Shown here: positions 29,697 through 39,773 of the stretch, one piece after another
Position numbering within the stretch: the first letter of the stretch is position 1
Layout of the letters: the number at the start of each line of letters is the position of its first letter
Assembly (NCBI GenBank): GCA_965230295.1
Contig: OZ246001.1
Location: 1,344,001 to 1,408,000, forward strand
Direction of reading: 5' to 3'
Length of the DNA stretch: 64,000 nucleotides
Source: Marinicella sp.
Lineage (GTDB): Bacteria > Pseudomonadota > Gammaproteobacteria > Xanthomonadales > Marinicellaceae
Position numbers and translations under genes: made by a program
The notes under the pieces: model-generated
Database searches by the model: none
The model's input: only the letters and a program-made list of their open reading frames with translations
Told to the model about the DNA's origin: nothing

Positions 29697-31045
29697 AAAG
29701 CCTGCGGTCTTTTGTTTTCTTGTTGACAGTCATGATACTGCTATTGGCGCTATTTTGGTGGTCAGAAAGAAAGCAGGGTCAGCAACGGTCATTGAGCCAA
29801 CCCAATGTGGTATCCATGCAGACCGATGAGCCTGCCTCAACAGAAGAATCGGCATCCAATAAGCCAGCCACAACCCAACAAAGCGATGACACAATCAACG
29901 ATACAGCCATTGCCGAGCAGAACGAATCGACTCCTGAGAAAAAAGAACTCACTTATTTGGAGGTGTATCGGATGAATCGGCAGTTTGTTGCTTGCCAGGC
30001 TGAAATTTATCATTTAATCGAAGACCCCAATGACGACCCCATAAAAGTTTTACATAACAAACTGAATCGTTTAAGTGGTCAAAAACAAGTGCCATTAACG
30101 CCCACTCAACAGCAGATCAGCTCAGTAAACAAGCACCAGGAATCCTGCAGTCTGCTGTTAGAAACCATCAGAATCATGGATTTATCCCCTGAAATCACTG
30201 AGCAGGACAACAATGACAAGGCATTCAACCAAACCAAAGAACAACTGTATAACTTACTCAACGAAACCAAGCCAAAAACAACCAAAGAACAATCCATAGC
30301 AGCAGTGTTACAACTCAAAACACAGTGGCAAACACTGTTTAATGAAATCCTTGCCATATCAGAAGGTAGCGATCAAAAGAACAGTGATGCCATTGCTGAT
30401 TTGAACCGACAAGCCGGTCAATTAAAAACCACAATCAATCAACTTGTTGAAGAATTGAAACTGGCTACCGATACCGAATCATTGCAATTGGAATTGAATG
30501 AAGTTTCTAAGCAGTACGACCGGATTCAAGATGAAATAAAAGGTTTGTATTGGGTTGACACCGATGCACGAGATCAGTCCATTGCCCATTTCAATGTCAT
30601 CAATGATCAGCTTTTCAATCGTTTATCCAGTTTGGATCCAGATGTGTTTTACGAAACCCAAATGACTTTGGAAAAAAACGAGAACATCAAATATTTTGGT
30701 CATGCGCCCTATAAGGACATTGGTCTTTATGAGGCCAAAATGCCTTTTGTTGAATACGTTTCCCCAGGAGATGTGGTGATGCAAATATTGGACTTGCATG
30801 ATGATGAATTGTTTCGTTTGGTGATTCAATATGCCACCCAACTCTATCTTTGTGAATTGGGCGCCGACTGTGGGCCCGGCAGCACATGGATCAAGTACTA
30901 CTGTTTTCAGAGTTATAATGAAATTGACGCCAGGAGTTGTGATTTGGATTTGACCAGTTATTTACAAAACCACAGACTCAGCGAAAACCATTGGCAAGAT
31001 GTGATTTGGGTGCTTGAAACATTGCGAGGCCTGTATGGCCAATAA
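29693..31045 (+). CDS. Membrane-anchored Cys-rich hypothetical protein A'
   Basis: ATGA overlap with the previous stop; PDVFYE, FVEYV.P.D, YATQLYLCELGADCGP. Confidence 0.8.
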   Translation: MKSLRSFVFLLTVMILLLALFWWSERKQGQQRSLSQPNVVSMQTDEPASTEESASNKPATTQQSDDTINDTAIAEQNESTPEKKELTYLEVYRMNRQFVACQAEIYHLIEDPNDDPIKVLHNKLNRLSGQKQVPLTPTQQQISSVNKHQESCSLLLETIRIMDLSPEITEQDNNDKAFNQTKEQLYNLLNETKPKTTKEQSIAAVLQLKTQWQTLFNEILAISEGSDQKNSDAIADLNRQAGQLKTTINQLVEELKLATDTESLQLELNEVSKQYDRIQDEIKGLYWVDTDARDQSIAHFNVINDQLFNRLSSLDPDVFYETQMTLEKNENIKYFGHAPYKDIGLYEAKMPFVEYVSPGDVVMQILDLHDDELFRLVIQYATQLYLCELGADCGPGSTWIKYYCFQSYNEIDARSCDLDLTSYLQNHRLSENHWQDVIWVLETLRGLYGQ

Positions 31046-31958
31046 AATCTGGGTGCTGTTGTTACTTGCCTCTATCGGCTTGTTGTTGTGGGTGACCCTG
31101 TGGCCGACATCAGTATTCGAGCCCAACCCAACGAACCACCTCGACAGTGACTTGAAACCGGTTTCAACACAGTCAGATGTTGTTGCAGACGTTTCTGAAA
31201 AAACAGCGCAAACCATTGCACCTGAAACCAAAAACACGCCATCTGATGGGGCTGAAAAACTCGATCCATGGCAACAAAAAGTTCTGCAAGAAATCGACTC
31301 ACGCCTGTTCAGCGACGACCCTTATGTCGAGCTGTATTCATTGGAGTTTCTCGTTGGTCAGTGCCGAGATCAAGACATAGTTGAGCGATTGTTTGTAGGT
31401 AAAGGCCCCTTTTATCAATCACAACAGCAACTGGCCAAGAAGCTTCAACAACAATGCGCTGAACTGAGAACACAATACCAGGAGTATTTGAGTTTCCCAG
31501 AACATGAACAATTGATCCAGGCTTTTGAGCCGAACAGTCGCATGGGTCGATTGTTGAAACAAGTGAACAACCCCAATTTAACCCCATTGGATCGCAGTGA
31601 ATTGTCATCATCGATTCTAAAACAAGCCATCAAAGAACGAAACAGTTCGAGCTTGATGTACTCGGTGTTCATTGCCCGCTTTGGTTCATTGACCACCTTA
31701 CCCCTGGCTGGGGTGATCAATTCAAATGATCAAGATTATATCAATCAAATGTCCAGCATGGCTTTGATGATGATGGCTTGCCAGTACCAAGGTGGCCGCA
31801 CCTGTGAAAGCACCTCTTTTTACATGATCATCATGTGTTCACAACAGCCCGCTGCCTGTGGGTTGGACTTTCCCAGTTGGTTCCAAAAAACCACTTTGCC
31901 AGGCATGCAACGGGATGTGGAAAAGTTGATGACTTTTTTCTCACAATACGGCCAATAA
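31035..31958 (+). CDS. Membrane-anchored Cys-rich hypothetical protein B'
   Basis: N-terminal TM; FSDDPYVEL; ACQYQGGRTC...CGLDF..WFQ..TLPGMQRDVE. Confidence 0.8.
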   Translation: MANKIWVLLLLASIGLLLWVTLWPTSVFEPNPTNHLDSDLKPVSTQSDVVADVSEKTAQTIAPETKNTPSDGAEKLDPWQQKVLQEIDSRLFSDDPYVELYSLEFLVGQCRDQDIVERLFVGKGPFYQSQQQLAKKLQQQCAELRTQYQEYLSFPEHEQLIQAFEPNSRMGRLLKQVNNPNLTPLDRSELSSSILKQAIKERNSSSLMYSVFIARFGSLTTLPLAGVINSNDQDYINQMSSMALMMMACQYQGGRTCESTSFYMIIMCSQQPAACGLDFPSWFQKTTLPGMQRDVEKLMTFFSQYGQ

Positions 31959-31973
31959 CCTAAACAGCTCAAT

Positions 31974-32088
31974 GACATCGACTCAAGTCGATGCTCCGGT
32001 TAGAGTTCTGGAGCGTTGACTTCAGTCAACGTTGGCTGAGTAGAGTTTATGGTCATCTGGCGTTCACTTCGACTCCGCTCAGTTAACG
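31974..32088. repeat. REP-like cluster (GAC-TTCA-GTC hairpin doublet plus CTTCGACTCCGCTCAG unit)
   Basis: CATCGACTCAAGTCGATGCTCC...GGAGCGTTGACTTCAGTCAACG; related to 43266-43437. Confidence 0.7.
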
Positions 32089-32318
32089 CCAAAAAACAAT
32101 CATTACCTCCTCTATACAGGTTTTCTTGAGCAACATGAAAGAAGGGAAGCAAGGCACTTTTTTATGGCGAACATTCATGTTCGACTCAATCAATGACTGT
32201 TCGAAACCGGTTTTTGTGCGAAGCGCAAAAGAAGGTAAGGACAGCACGTCTTATGTTATACTTTTCGCCCAACCGGGCTTCTCAAGCCCTGATTACAATA
32301 ATTCAACGGGAGCAACAT

Positions 32319-34061
32319 ATGTCTGATCAGCAGGTGACTGCAACAGGCCCCATCACCCGTGGCGCGTATCCGGAGTTGACGCCACATGCGGTGATTGTGG
32401 GTTATTTCTTGGGGGTGATCCTGGCCATTTCAATTGGCTACGCTTCACTGAAATTGGGCTTTTCCATCGAAGGTTCGGAACTGGCCGCCATCCTGGGTTT
32501 TGGTATCCTGCGTGGCATCATGCGGCGCCGATCCATCATTGAAAACAATGTGGCACAAACCGTTGCCTCCGCGGTCAACGGTGCTTCATCAGGCATGATG
32601 TTTTCGGTACCGGCGATCTTTATCCTGGGCTACGCCACAGAATTCAACCCTTATGTCTTAACCTTTGGTGCCATTGCTGGCGCCTTTTTAGGCATAGCTT
32701 TCATCATACCGCTGCGCAAGCAAATGATCGACTATGAACGACTCACCTACCCAGGCGGCGTCGCAGTGGCTTCCATTTTGAAATCACCCGGAGCCGGCAT
32801 CAACAAAGCCATTTTGTTACTCGGCGCCATGGTGGTCTCGGGCTTGGTTCACGTTGTCACCATTTATTACAACATCCACGATTGGCATTTGTTTGACCAA
32901 CTCGGGCTGCCCGCTTACCTCAACGGTACCTGGTACCTGTCACTGATGACCATCGGTGTGGCTTTCATTGCTGGCCGCGGTGGTTTGGCTTTCATCATCG
33001 GGGGCTTTGTTTGTTACTGGATCATTGCACCCTTACTGGACATCACTGGCATGTTTCCCACCAACGCCGCTGGTGAAGTGGTTTCTGACCCGAACCAACT
33101 GCGTTTGATGTTGTTCCGTCCTACCGGTATCGGCATGCTGATCGGCGGCGCCATCGTTGGCGTGATTTTCGCCTTACCATTGATTAAATCTGCGGTTAAA
33201 TCGATGCAATCATCGGCCAAGAGCGAAGCGGCCATGAGCAAAGATGAGCTACCCATTAAATTGCTGTATTTCGCAGTGGCCGCAGCGGCCATACTGTTGT
33301 GTATTATGGCCATCACTTCAGCCCAAGAAGTCAGCCTGGTCCACGGCTTGATGATGGGTGTCTTGGGGACCTTATGGATCTGGATGGCCGGCATCATTTT
33401 GTCTGAAGCCATCGGTCGAACCAACTGGTCACCTTTATCCGGCATGACCTTGATTGCGGTGACCTTATTGATCATGATTACTCAGCTGTTTGGCGGCATG
33501 AGTACCGGATCAGCGATCGTGGCTGCGGTGACCGTTGGTGCCGCGACCTGTGTGGCGATGAGTCAGGCCACGGATTTGATGCTGGACATGAAAACCGGTT
33601 ACCTGGTCGGTGCCACACCCCGAAAACAACAACTGGGTCAATTCTTTGGCGCCTGGTTAGGACCCATCGTGGTCATCATCTTGATTTTCACCTTAGACAA
33701 AGCCTTCGGATTGGGCGGCGATGAATTCCCTGCACCACAAGGCCAGGCTTTGGCCTCGATGGTTGAAGGCATCACCGGTGGTGATGTGCCCACTGAAAAA
33801 TACATCGCAGGTGCCGTCTTGGGTGGCTTGTTGTCATTGTTACAAACCGGCTTGGGTATCACTGTTGGCTTGGGTTTCTACCTGCCGTTCAACATCGTGT
33901 TGACCTACGCCATCGGTACCTTGTTGCGTGAAATCGTCGATCGCACCAAAGGCAAACCCTGGTCTGAGAACAAAGGCATACCGATTGCCGCTGGTTTGAT
34001 TGTGGGTGAAGCTTTGGTTGGTGTGGGTAACGCCATTTACGTCATTGCCAAAGCAGGATAA
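32319..34061 (+). CDS. OPT/YSL-family oligopeptide transporter
   Basis: PELTPHA, LKLG, IIENNVAQT, IPLRKQMI, LTYPGG, P.SGMTL, DMKTGYLVGATP..QQ, APQ, GLIVGEAL. Confidence 0.93.
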   Translation: MSDQQVTATGPITRGAYPELTPHAVIVGYFLGVILAISIGYASLKLGFSIEGSELAAILGFGILRGIMRRRSIIENNVAQTVASAVNGASSGMMFSVPAIFILGYATEFNPYVLTFGAIAGAFLGIAFIIPLRKQMIDYERLTYPGGVAVASILKSPGAGINKAILLLGAMVVSGLVHVVTIYYNIHDWHLFDQLGLPAYLNGTWYLSLMTIGVAFIAGRGGLAFIIGGFVCYWIIAPLLDITGMFPTNAAGEVVSDPNQLRLMLFRPTGIGMLIGGAIVGVIFALPLIKSAVKSMQSSAKSEAAMSKDELPIKLLYFAVAAAAILLCIMAITSAQEVSLVHGLMMGVLGTLWIWMAGIILSEAIGRTNWSPLSGMTLIAVTLLIMITQLFGGMSTGSAIVAAVTVGAATCVAMSQATDLMLDMKTGYLVGATPRKQQLGQFFGAWLGPIVVIILIFTLDKAFGLGGDEFPAPQGQALASMVEGITGGDVPTEKYIAGAVLGGLLSLLQTGLGITVGLGFYLPFNIVLTYAIGTLLREIVDRTKGKPWSENKGIPIAAGLIVGEALVGVGNAIYVIAKAG

Positions 34062-34073
34062 GGAGATTTAATT

Positions 34074-34610
34074 ATGAAAAATATAGCATTTATTTTAGTG
34101 ATCCTGACCTTCCTGGCAGGTGCCTTTCTGGCCTCTCTGGATGAGCGAGCCATGAACTGGACTTACTTTGCACCCGTGATGTTGGTCGGATTCATTGCCG
34201 CATTTCTGTATAAAAAAGCAGCCAGCGAAGCCGCCAAACACGGTGACTTGTTACAGAACAACAAACAGGTTTTGATCGATTCATTGAATAATTTATTGAA
34301 CAACCTGGAAGCCCTCAATGGCCGCAAAGACAAAGTGCCTACCTATGAGATGCGCTTTGAAATCGACAAGTTATTCCGCGAAGACTTGATGAATTTCGCC
34401 GAAGCCAGGGAATCGATGAAACACCTGTTCGGCATCCAGCATTACGCCGACATCATGTCCAGCTTCGCCGCCGGCGAACGCTACATCAACCGCGTGTGGT
34501 CAGCCTCAACCGACGGCTACGTGGATGAAGTGATGATGTACGTCGAAAAAGCCCTGTCACAATTCCAACACGCCAAAGAGGAATTCAACATCGCTTTGAA
34601 TGGAGGCTAA
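34074..34610 (+). CDS. Hypothetical membrane protein in an operon with OPT
   Basis: GGAG RBS; two N-terminal TMs; FAAGERYINRVWSASTDGY block. Confidence 0.8.
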   Translation: MKNIAFILVILTFLAGAFLASLDERAMNWTYFAPVMLVGFIAAFLYKKAASEAAKHGDLLQNNKQVLIDSLNNLLNNLEALNGRKDKVPTYEMRFEIDKLFREDLMNFAEARESMKHLFGIQHYADIMSSFAAGERYINRVWSASTDGYVDEVMMYVEKALSQFQHAKEEFNIALNGG

Positions 34611-34615
34611 TTAAC

Positions 34616-34653
34616 CGTCATCTTGACCGAGTCAAGCGAGCGGAGAAATCTCC
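34616..34653. repeat. Single CGTCATCTTGA-type REP-like unit
   Basis: Resembles the left arm of the 45064-45185 doublet (GTCATCTTGA...ATCTCC). Confidence 0.5.
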
Positions 34654-34677
34654 AAACGCTCATGGGTCATCCAAAAC

Positions 34678-34704
34678 AAAAGGCCGCAATCTGCGGCCTT
34701 TTTT
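34678..34704 (+). terminator. Rho-independent terminator, possibly bidirectional
   Basis: AAAAGGCCGCA-ATC-TGCGGCCTTTTTT. Confidence 0.88.
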
Positions 34705-34714
34705 ATATCCTTAA

Positions 34715-34880
34715 CGTAGGTTGGCGCTGAGCACAGCGAAGCCCAACATCAGATTGGAAACATCAAAATTATCTGATACCAAAAATCATGCACAATGAAT
34801 TCCCAAAAACAAAACTGATTGGCAATCCGTCAGATCATTAAAGAACATGTTGGGCTTCTCTGACGATCAGCCCAACCTAT
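34715..34880. repeat. GTAG-type REP inverted doublet (REPIN), left flank of the Rhs island
   Basis: CGTAGGTTGGCGCTGAGCACAGCGAAGCCCAACA ... TGTTGGGCTTCTCTGACGATCAGCCCAACCTA. Confidence 0.82.
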
Positions 34881-34907
34881 CTTGCTAACAAGATTCATTG
34901 CTTTAAA

Positions 34908-35216
34908 TTATTCATCAAAATAAGGCTCATGATCTACCCAGTAAATATCATACTTTTTACTAAGGCGTTTGATGAATGGCTCCAAGTTTGTAGCAATGTT
35001 TATTGCTTGAACAGAATCCATTCCATATACAGTAAACCCAGGCTCATTTATACCTTCAATAGATATATCACAAGCATAACAATCCTGACTTGGCTGATCA
35101 TTTTTATCAAACTCATTTGCATGATACGGCATACTTATTTTGATTGTAAATTCGCTTAAATTTGATATCCCCTTAATTGAGTAATATAGTTTCCTTACAG
35201 CAATTATACTTTTCAT
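34908..35216 (-). CDS. Putative Rhs immunity protein (resembles DUF6968)
   Basis: 102 aa, 5 nt downstream of the Rhs stop, AT-rich; IAVR...I..P...YACDI.I.G......YGMDSVQAI.IA pattern. Confidence 0.65.
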   Translation of the reverse strand: MKSIIAVRKLYYSIKGISNLSEFTIKISMPYHANEFDKNDQPSQDCYACDISIEGINEPGFTVYGMDSVQAINIATNLEPFIKRLSKKYDIYWVDHEPYFDE

Positions 35217-35221
35217 AACAT

Positions 35222-38200
35222 TTAATCTTCACTCATACATTGATCATACGCGTCTTGAGCTGCATGGAAACATGCAAACATTTTTCGATGACTTAAACCT
35301 GCACATGTAGCTAATATACTTTGTTTCAATGCCTCACAACTTTTTCTTTTATCGTTTTGGGCCTTACATTCTTCATCACAATTTTCATTATCTTCAGAAT
35401 CAGAAAAATAACCCCATGCTGCTGCAATTCCTAGGCCAACATATTTACAAGCATTAATAATAATGGCAGCATCACATGCTGGATTAATTGGCCCACCAAT
35501 AGCACATGATCCAAGAGTAGCTTCCGTTTGCGCTCCATTAGGGTCGAAATAATTTACAGGATTTCCTAAAACAAATGTATATGTATTCCATCCAGCAACT
35601 TGCCCAATCGGATCACTCTGCACATACCGACTCGTACCCGGATCATAATCCCTGAAGTAATTATAGTTCAAGCCTGATTCAGCGTCATAGTATTGTCCAG
35701 GGAAGCGCATATTGAATTCGAAATTGACCTGGTCACCATCCACATCTTCATCAGGTGCGGTGGTGCCGAAGGCATCAGATTCCCAGGACCAGATACGTAC
35801 ACCGGCATCATTGGTGATCCAGCGTGGGGTGTTCAAATGGTCGGTTTGGATGTAGTAAAAATTCTGATCACCCGAACTGCTGGTTTCTACCCTCGCCACT
35901 GGTCGGTTACCCAGCCAGATGGTTTCACGGTCCCACAGATGAGAACCAGGGATGTATGCTGATTCATGAACCAACTGACCCTGCTCATCATAGACAAACA
36001 AATAGTCTGTCCCATTGATTTTCTTGCGTATCCGCTGACCAATGCCATTATGAAAGTATTCAGCAATTGCATTTCTGCCCGTACCAAAATCTGACATGCG
36101 GTTGGCCTGATCGTATAACCAAGCATGGTCTCCCATGTCAGGTGCTGATAAAGTGTTACCATTGGCATCATAACCACGTGGTTTGACTGCACCCACATTC
36201 AACATTTTGTTACTGTTGGCATCAATGGTGTAATTGACTGTCGGGTTTATGCCTTCTTGTTTGCTGGTTCGGTTACCCAACTGATCATAAGTCAGTGTGG
36301 TTGACTCATGTGAGTCATAGGTCAATCGATCCAATGCATCGTAGGAGAAACCATCGTTGTTGGCGGTAAGCTCACGGGTGATTGTTGTGATGTTGTGGTT
36401 GTTATCATAAGCATAAGCCGCTGTCACATCGACACCGTAGTTATAATCAATCAAACGGTAACCATCATCGTAATTGGCGTTGTAGTTCTTACCATTACCA
36501 AAGTTGATGGACTTGACTGGGCCAAAGGGTAAGTAAGTCACCAGATCAACCACTGTTTCGGCCTGCCCATCAATGGTCGTGGTGATTTTCTGCACTTGAT
36601 TCAGATCATCATACTCATAAGTCAACTCCAACCCTGAGGGATATGTCATTTTTTCTATTCTGTTATAATCATCATAGTCATAATCCAGATCCAGGTTGTT
36701 GTAACCAGCATGGGTAAATGGGGTAAACCCACCTACCACCTGAATCTTGTTGGTTTGGTTCCCAAAACCGTCATAACTGAAAGTGGTAGAACCTGTTTGA
36801 TCCGTAAACGAAGACAACTGTCCGATGCCATTTGTGCCCTGATCATAGACATATGTGGTATCTAATGAATTGTCTGTATAGTCTATAAATGTGATGCGTC
36901 CTCTGCCATCGTAAGACATACCAACAGTCACACCTTTGGCATCGGTCTTGCTGGTCATGTTACCTGCTTCATCATAAACATAACTGGTGGTGCCCGTATC
37001 CGGACTGACCAACGTAATCAGATTACCAAAATCATCATAGTGATAGGTGGTGATGTTCCCTCTGGCATCGGTAACGGTTTTTACCCGCTCACCGGCATCA
37101 TATGTGAAACTGGTTGTGGTGTTGGCTGTAAGTGGATTGGTGCCTTGGTAATCTTGGTTAATCTGACTCAGCCGTTTTAATGTATCGTAACTGTATTCTG
37201 TGTTGACGCTATTGCCATTGGTTTGAGAATCCAGAGTGCCATTGCTGCCATAGTCGTAAGTTGTAGTCACTCCCGATTGTTGCATGGTGGCCAAAAAGTC
37301 ATAATCATCAAATGTTTGGATGATTTGTTTTTTCAATACATCATTCAGATCGTAGGTTCTTTCTCCCAGCTGATTGCCTTCGGTATCCAGCTCATATTCA
37401 ACATAGTTTCCTAACTGATCGGTCACTCGGGTCACCCGCAAAGCACCATCGTAGGTCAGGGTTAATGTGGTTTCTTCAGGTGAACCATAGTTTCGTTTCA
37501 CTGATTGGATATGACCGGTGGGTAAATAAGTAAACTGAGTTTGTATAATGGCAGTGGCATTATCACTCAAACTGCTCACATCCACACGATCCGTATCGGC
37601 ATCATAGAAATTGATTAAAGTAAGGCCGTTGGGGCGATCTTCAGACTTGATCTTGCCAGTGGCTGACCATTGGATGTTATCACGTTCAATAATGCCTGCT
37701 GGTCCTGTGACTTTCTCCAGGCGATTGCGGTTTTCCACCGGCAATGCGGTGTCAGCATAATACTGATACACGGTCTCATCCACATTACCGGGCCTTGGGC
37801 CATCCATGCGACTGATTTGATTGAACGGTCCGTTGTATTCATAGGTGGTGGTTTTGCTGATGGCTGTTCCATCAGGCTTGAAGCCATTGACTGTCATGGA
37901 AGTCATTTGGCCATTCAAATCATAAACATAGTTGGTGACTTTGTTATTGCTGCCATAAACCGAAGGTTCAGTGATTGATGTGACCTTACCGATAAAGCGT
38001 GAATCGTAAGTGTAATCGGTTCGGCGCGCATCTGTGGTACCAAAGGCTTCGATTTTATAAGCATATTGACCTTTTGAATCATAGTTGTAGTACTTGGTTG
38101 TAACTCCATCAACCGTCTTGCTGATTAAATCATTGGTCACAGGATCGTATTCAAATGAACTGTTGTCGTTAGAGCACGATGAACAGCCAGGACCCGTGAT

Positions 38201-39637
38201 GCTTTTGATCTGCCAGATGCCATTGTTTTGTTCCACTTCATAGGTACTGACTTTGCCACGTGAGTTGGTGACTTTTCGTTTGTTAGGTTCCCCAGGATAA
38301 AAGTCATAATCGATTTTTAATTCTTCAACATGCACATCCGGATCAGTCACATGGTGTTTTTCATAATTGGCCCGGTCTTCACTGTCATAACCATAGGTGG
38401 CAAATCGCTGGCCTACCTGGTTAATATCATGCCGATTGGTAATACCTGTTAATAAGAGCCTACTGCTGGTCTCGTAGTGGAACGATTTGATGGTGTTGTC
38501 TGGATATATAATTTCTTCTAACATATTTCTATCGGTGTAATTAAACCTCCATTCATTACCAACATGATCCGTTATGGTTTGTGGTTTAATTTCAAGGGAA
38601 CTGTTATTGCTGTATCCAAAGGTCACATAAGTGCCATCATCAGCAGTGATTTTATCTATCTTTGAACCACTTTCATACGTAATAGAAACTGTCCTACCAT
38701 TATCAACGACTTCAACCAATTTACCCCAAATGTCGTATTTTTCAATCTCACCTTGATTGGTGTGTAACACCCAGCCATCAACAGTTTGACTTAAAATTTC
38801 ACTCGATGAGGATTGGTTAACCCAAACACCATTTATCTTTTGGAAGAATACACCGCGACCTGTTTCTCGATATGCATAAATACTTTCAATACCATCAGCT
38901 AAGAAAGTACCTTGAGACATTTTTTTCGAGTAAGTATGGGTCCAACCTCGCCCCATAGGCAGACCATATAATGCGGACGATTTGGCTCTTGAAGAGTTAT
39001 AAAAAGCCGAAAAAGGAATTAAATCTGAGTTTAACTCTATATTTTCTTCATGAAACTTATTTCCTGTCGCTGTGTTGATGGGGTTACCTGCATTGGTTCC
39101 ACATTGATTGCCATCGTTTTCAGGATCATGCACTTTTTTACACATGAATTTACCCTGCGCAGTGACATACTCAGGCAACACACCACCAGGGCAGCCGACA
39201 GTACGGTTTTTTCTAATATTTAACGGCCCCGTGCCCGTAACACAATCAGTGGGATCTGAAAGTGACCATTGATGAAATTCAACTTTAATCCGTTTATTGT
39301 TTCTATGGGCAACACCATATACAAACTCTGGAAAATCTCGATACCCTCCACTACAGGATATTGGCCTTGGCTGTGGGTCGCCCTCAGGAGGAAAACCATC
39401 ATCTTCAATCTTAGTGGTTACCCCACAGTTGCTAGGATAAGCTACGTTCATTCCAGTATCTTCTGCTTCTCCGGCACTTGTAAAACCATATTTGGTATGT
39501 TCACAATTATGATATGAGTAATCCCAATTACCAATTATTAAATCAGTGTAACTTGTCTCAGCTGTAGCAGAACTCAATAAAATAGATTCAAGGATTAAGA
39601 AAAAGCAAGCATAAGTTTTGATGTTCATAATTTTCAT
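35222..39637 (-). CDS. Rhs/YD-repeat polymorphic toxin-like protein with a signal peptide and a Cys-rich C-terminal tip
   Basis: GNPINTATGNKF (DUF6531-like), many YxYD repeats, DHLNTPR, RFPGQYYDAESGLNYNYFRDYDP, DPIG...FDPNG cleavage motif. Confidence 0.95.
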   Translation of the reverse strand: MKIMNIKTYACFFLILESILLSSATAETSYTDLIIGNWDYSYHNCEHTKYGFTSAGEAEDTGMNVAYPSNCGVTTKIEDDGFPPEGDPQPRPISCSGGYRDFPEFVYGVAHRNNKRIKVEFHQWSLSDPTDCVTGTGPLNIRKNRTVGCPGGVLPEYVTAQGKFMCKKVHDPENDGNQCGTNAGNPINTATGNKFHEENIELNSDLIPFSAFYNSSRAKSSALYGLPMGRGWTHTYSKKMSQGTFLADGIESIYAYRETGRGVFFQKINGVWVNQSSSSEILSQTVDGWVLHTNQGEIEKYDIWGKLVEVVDNGRTVSITYESGSKIDKITADDGTYVTFGYSNNSSLEIKPQTITDHVGNEWRFNYTDRNMLEEIIYPDNTIKSFHYETSSRLLLTGITNRHDINQVGQRFATYGYDSEDRANYEKHHVTDPDVHVEELKIDYDFYPGEPNKRKVTNSRGKVSTYEVEQNNGIWQIKSITGPGCSSCSNDNSSFEYDPVTNDLISKTVDGVTTKYYNYDSKGQYAYKIEAFGTTDARRTDYTYDSRFIGKVTSITEPSVYGSNNKVTNYVYDLNGQMTSMTVNGFKPDGTAISKTTTYEYNGPFNQISRMDGPRPGNVDETVYQYYADTALPVENRNRLEKVTGPAGIIERDNIQWSATGKIKSEDRPNGLTLINFYDADTDRVDVSSLSDNATAIIQTQFTYLPTGHIQSVKRNYGSPEETTLTLTYDGALRVTRVTDQLGNYVEYELDTEGNQLGERTYDLNDVLKKQIIQTFDDYDFLATMQQSGVTTTYDYGSNGTLDSQTNGNSVNTEYSYDTLKRLSQINQDYQGTNPLTANTTTSFTYDAGERVKTVTDARGNITTYHYDDFGNLITLVSPDTGTTSYVYDEAGNMTSKTDAKGVTVGMSYDGRGRITFIDYTDNSLDTTYVYDQGTNGIGQLSSFTDQTGSTTFSYDGFGNQTNKIQVVGGFTPFTHAGYNNLDLDYDYDDYNRIEKMTYPSGLELTYEYDDLNQVQKITTTIDGQAETVVDLVTYLPFGPVKSINFGNGKNYNANYDDGYRLIDYNYGVDVTAAYAYDNNHNITTITRELTANNDGFSYDALDRLTYDSHESTTLTYDQLGNRTSKQEGINPTVNYTIDANSNKMLNVGAVKPRGYDANGNTLSAPDMGDHAWLYDQANRMSDFGTGRNAIAEYFHNGIGQRIRKKINGTDYLFVYDEQGQLVHESAYIPGSHLWDRETIWLGNRPVARVETSSSGDQNFYYIQTDHLNTPRWITNDAGVRIWSWESDAFGTTAPDEDVDGDQVNFEFNMRFPGQYYDAESGLNYNYFRDYDPGTSRYVQSDPIGQVAGWNTYTFVLGNPVNYFDPNGAQTEATLGSCAIGGPINPACDAAIIINACKYVGLGIAAAWGYFSDSEDNENCDEECKAQNDKRKSCEALKQSILATCAGLSHRKMFACFHAAQDAYDQCMSED

Positions 39638-39773
39638 GATTTTTATATTGATTAGTTATAAATTCGTACTCCACTCATTAGGCTCGCCATCTAATTTCAT
39701 TTATTTTCAAATTTTCTTGTCTTGCTGTATGATCAATCATATAAACTCAAGCAGTTTCAGCTTATTTTGATAT

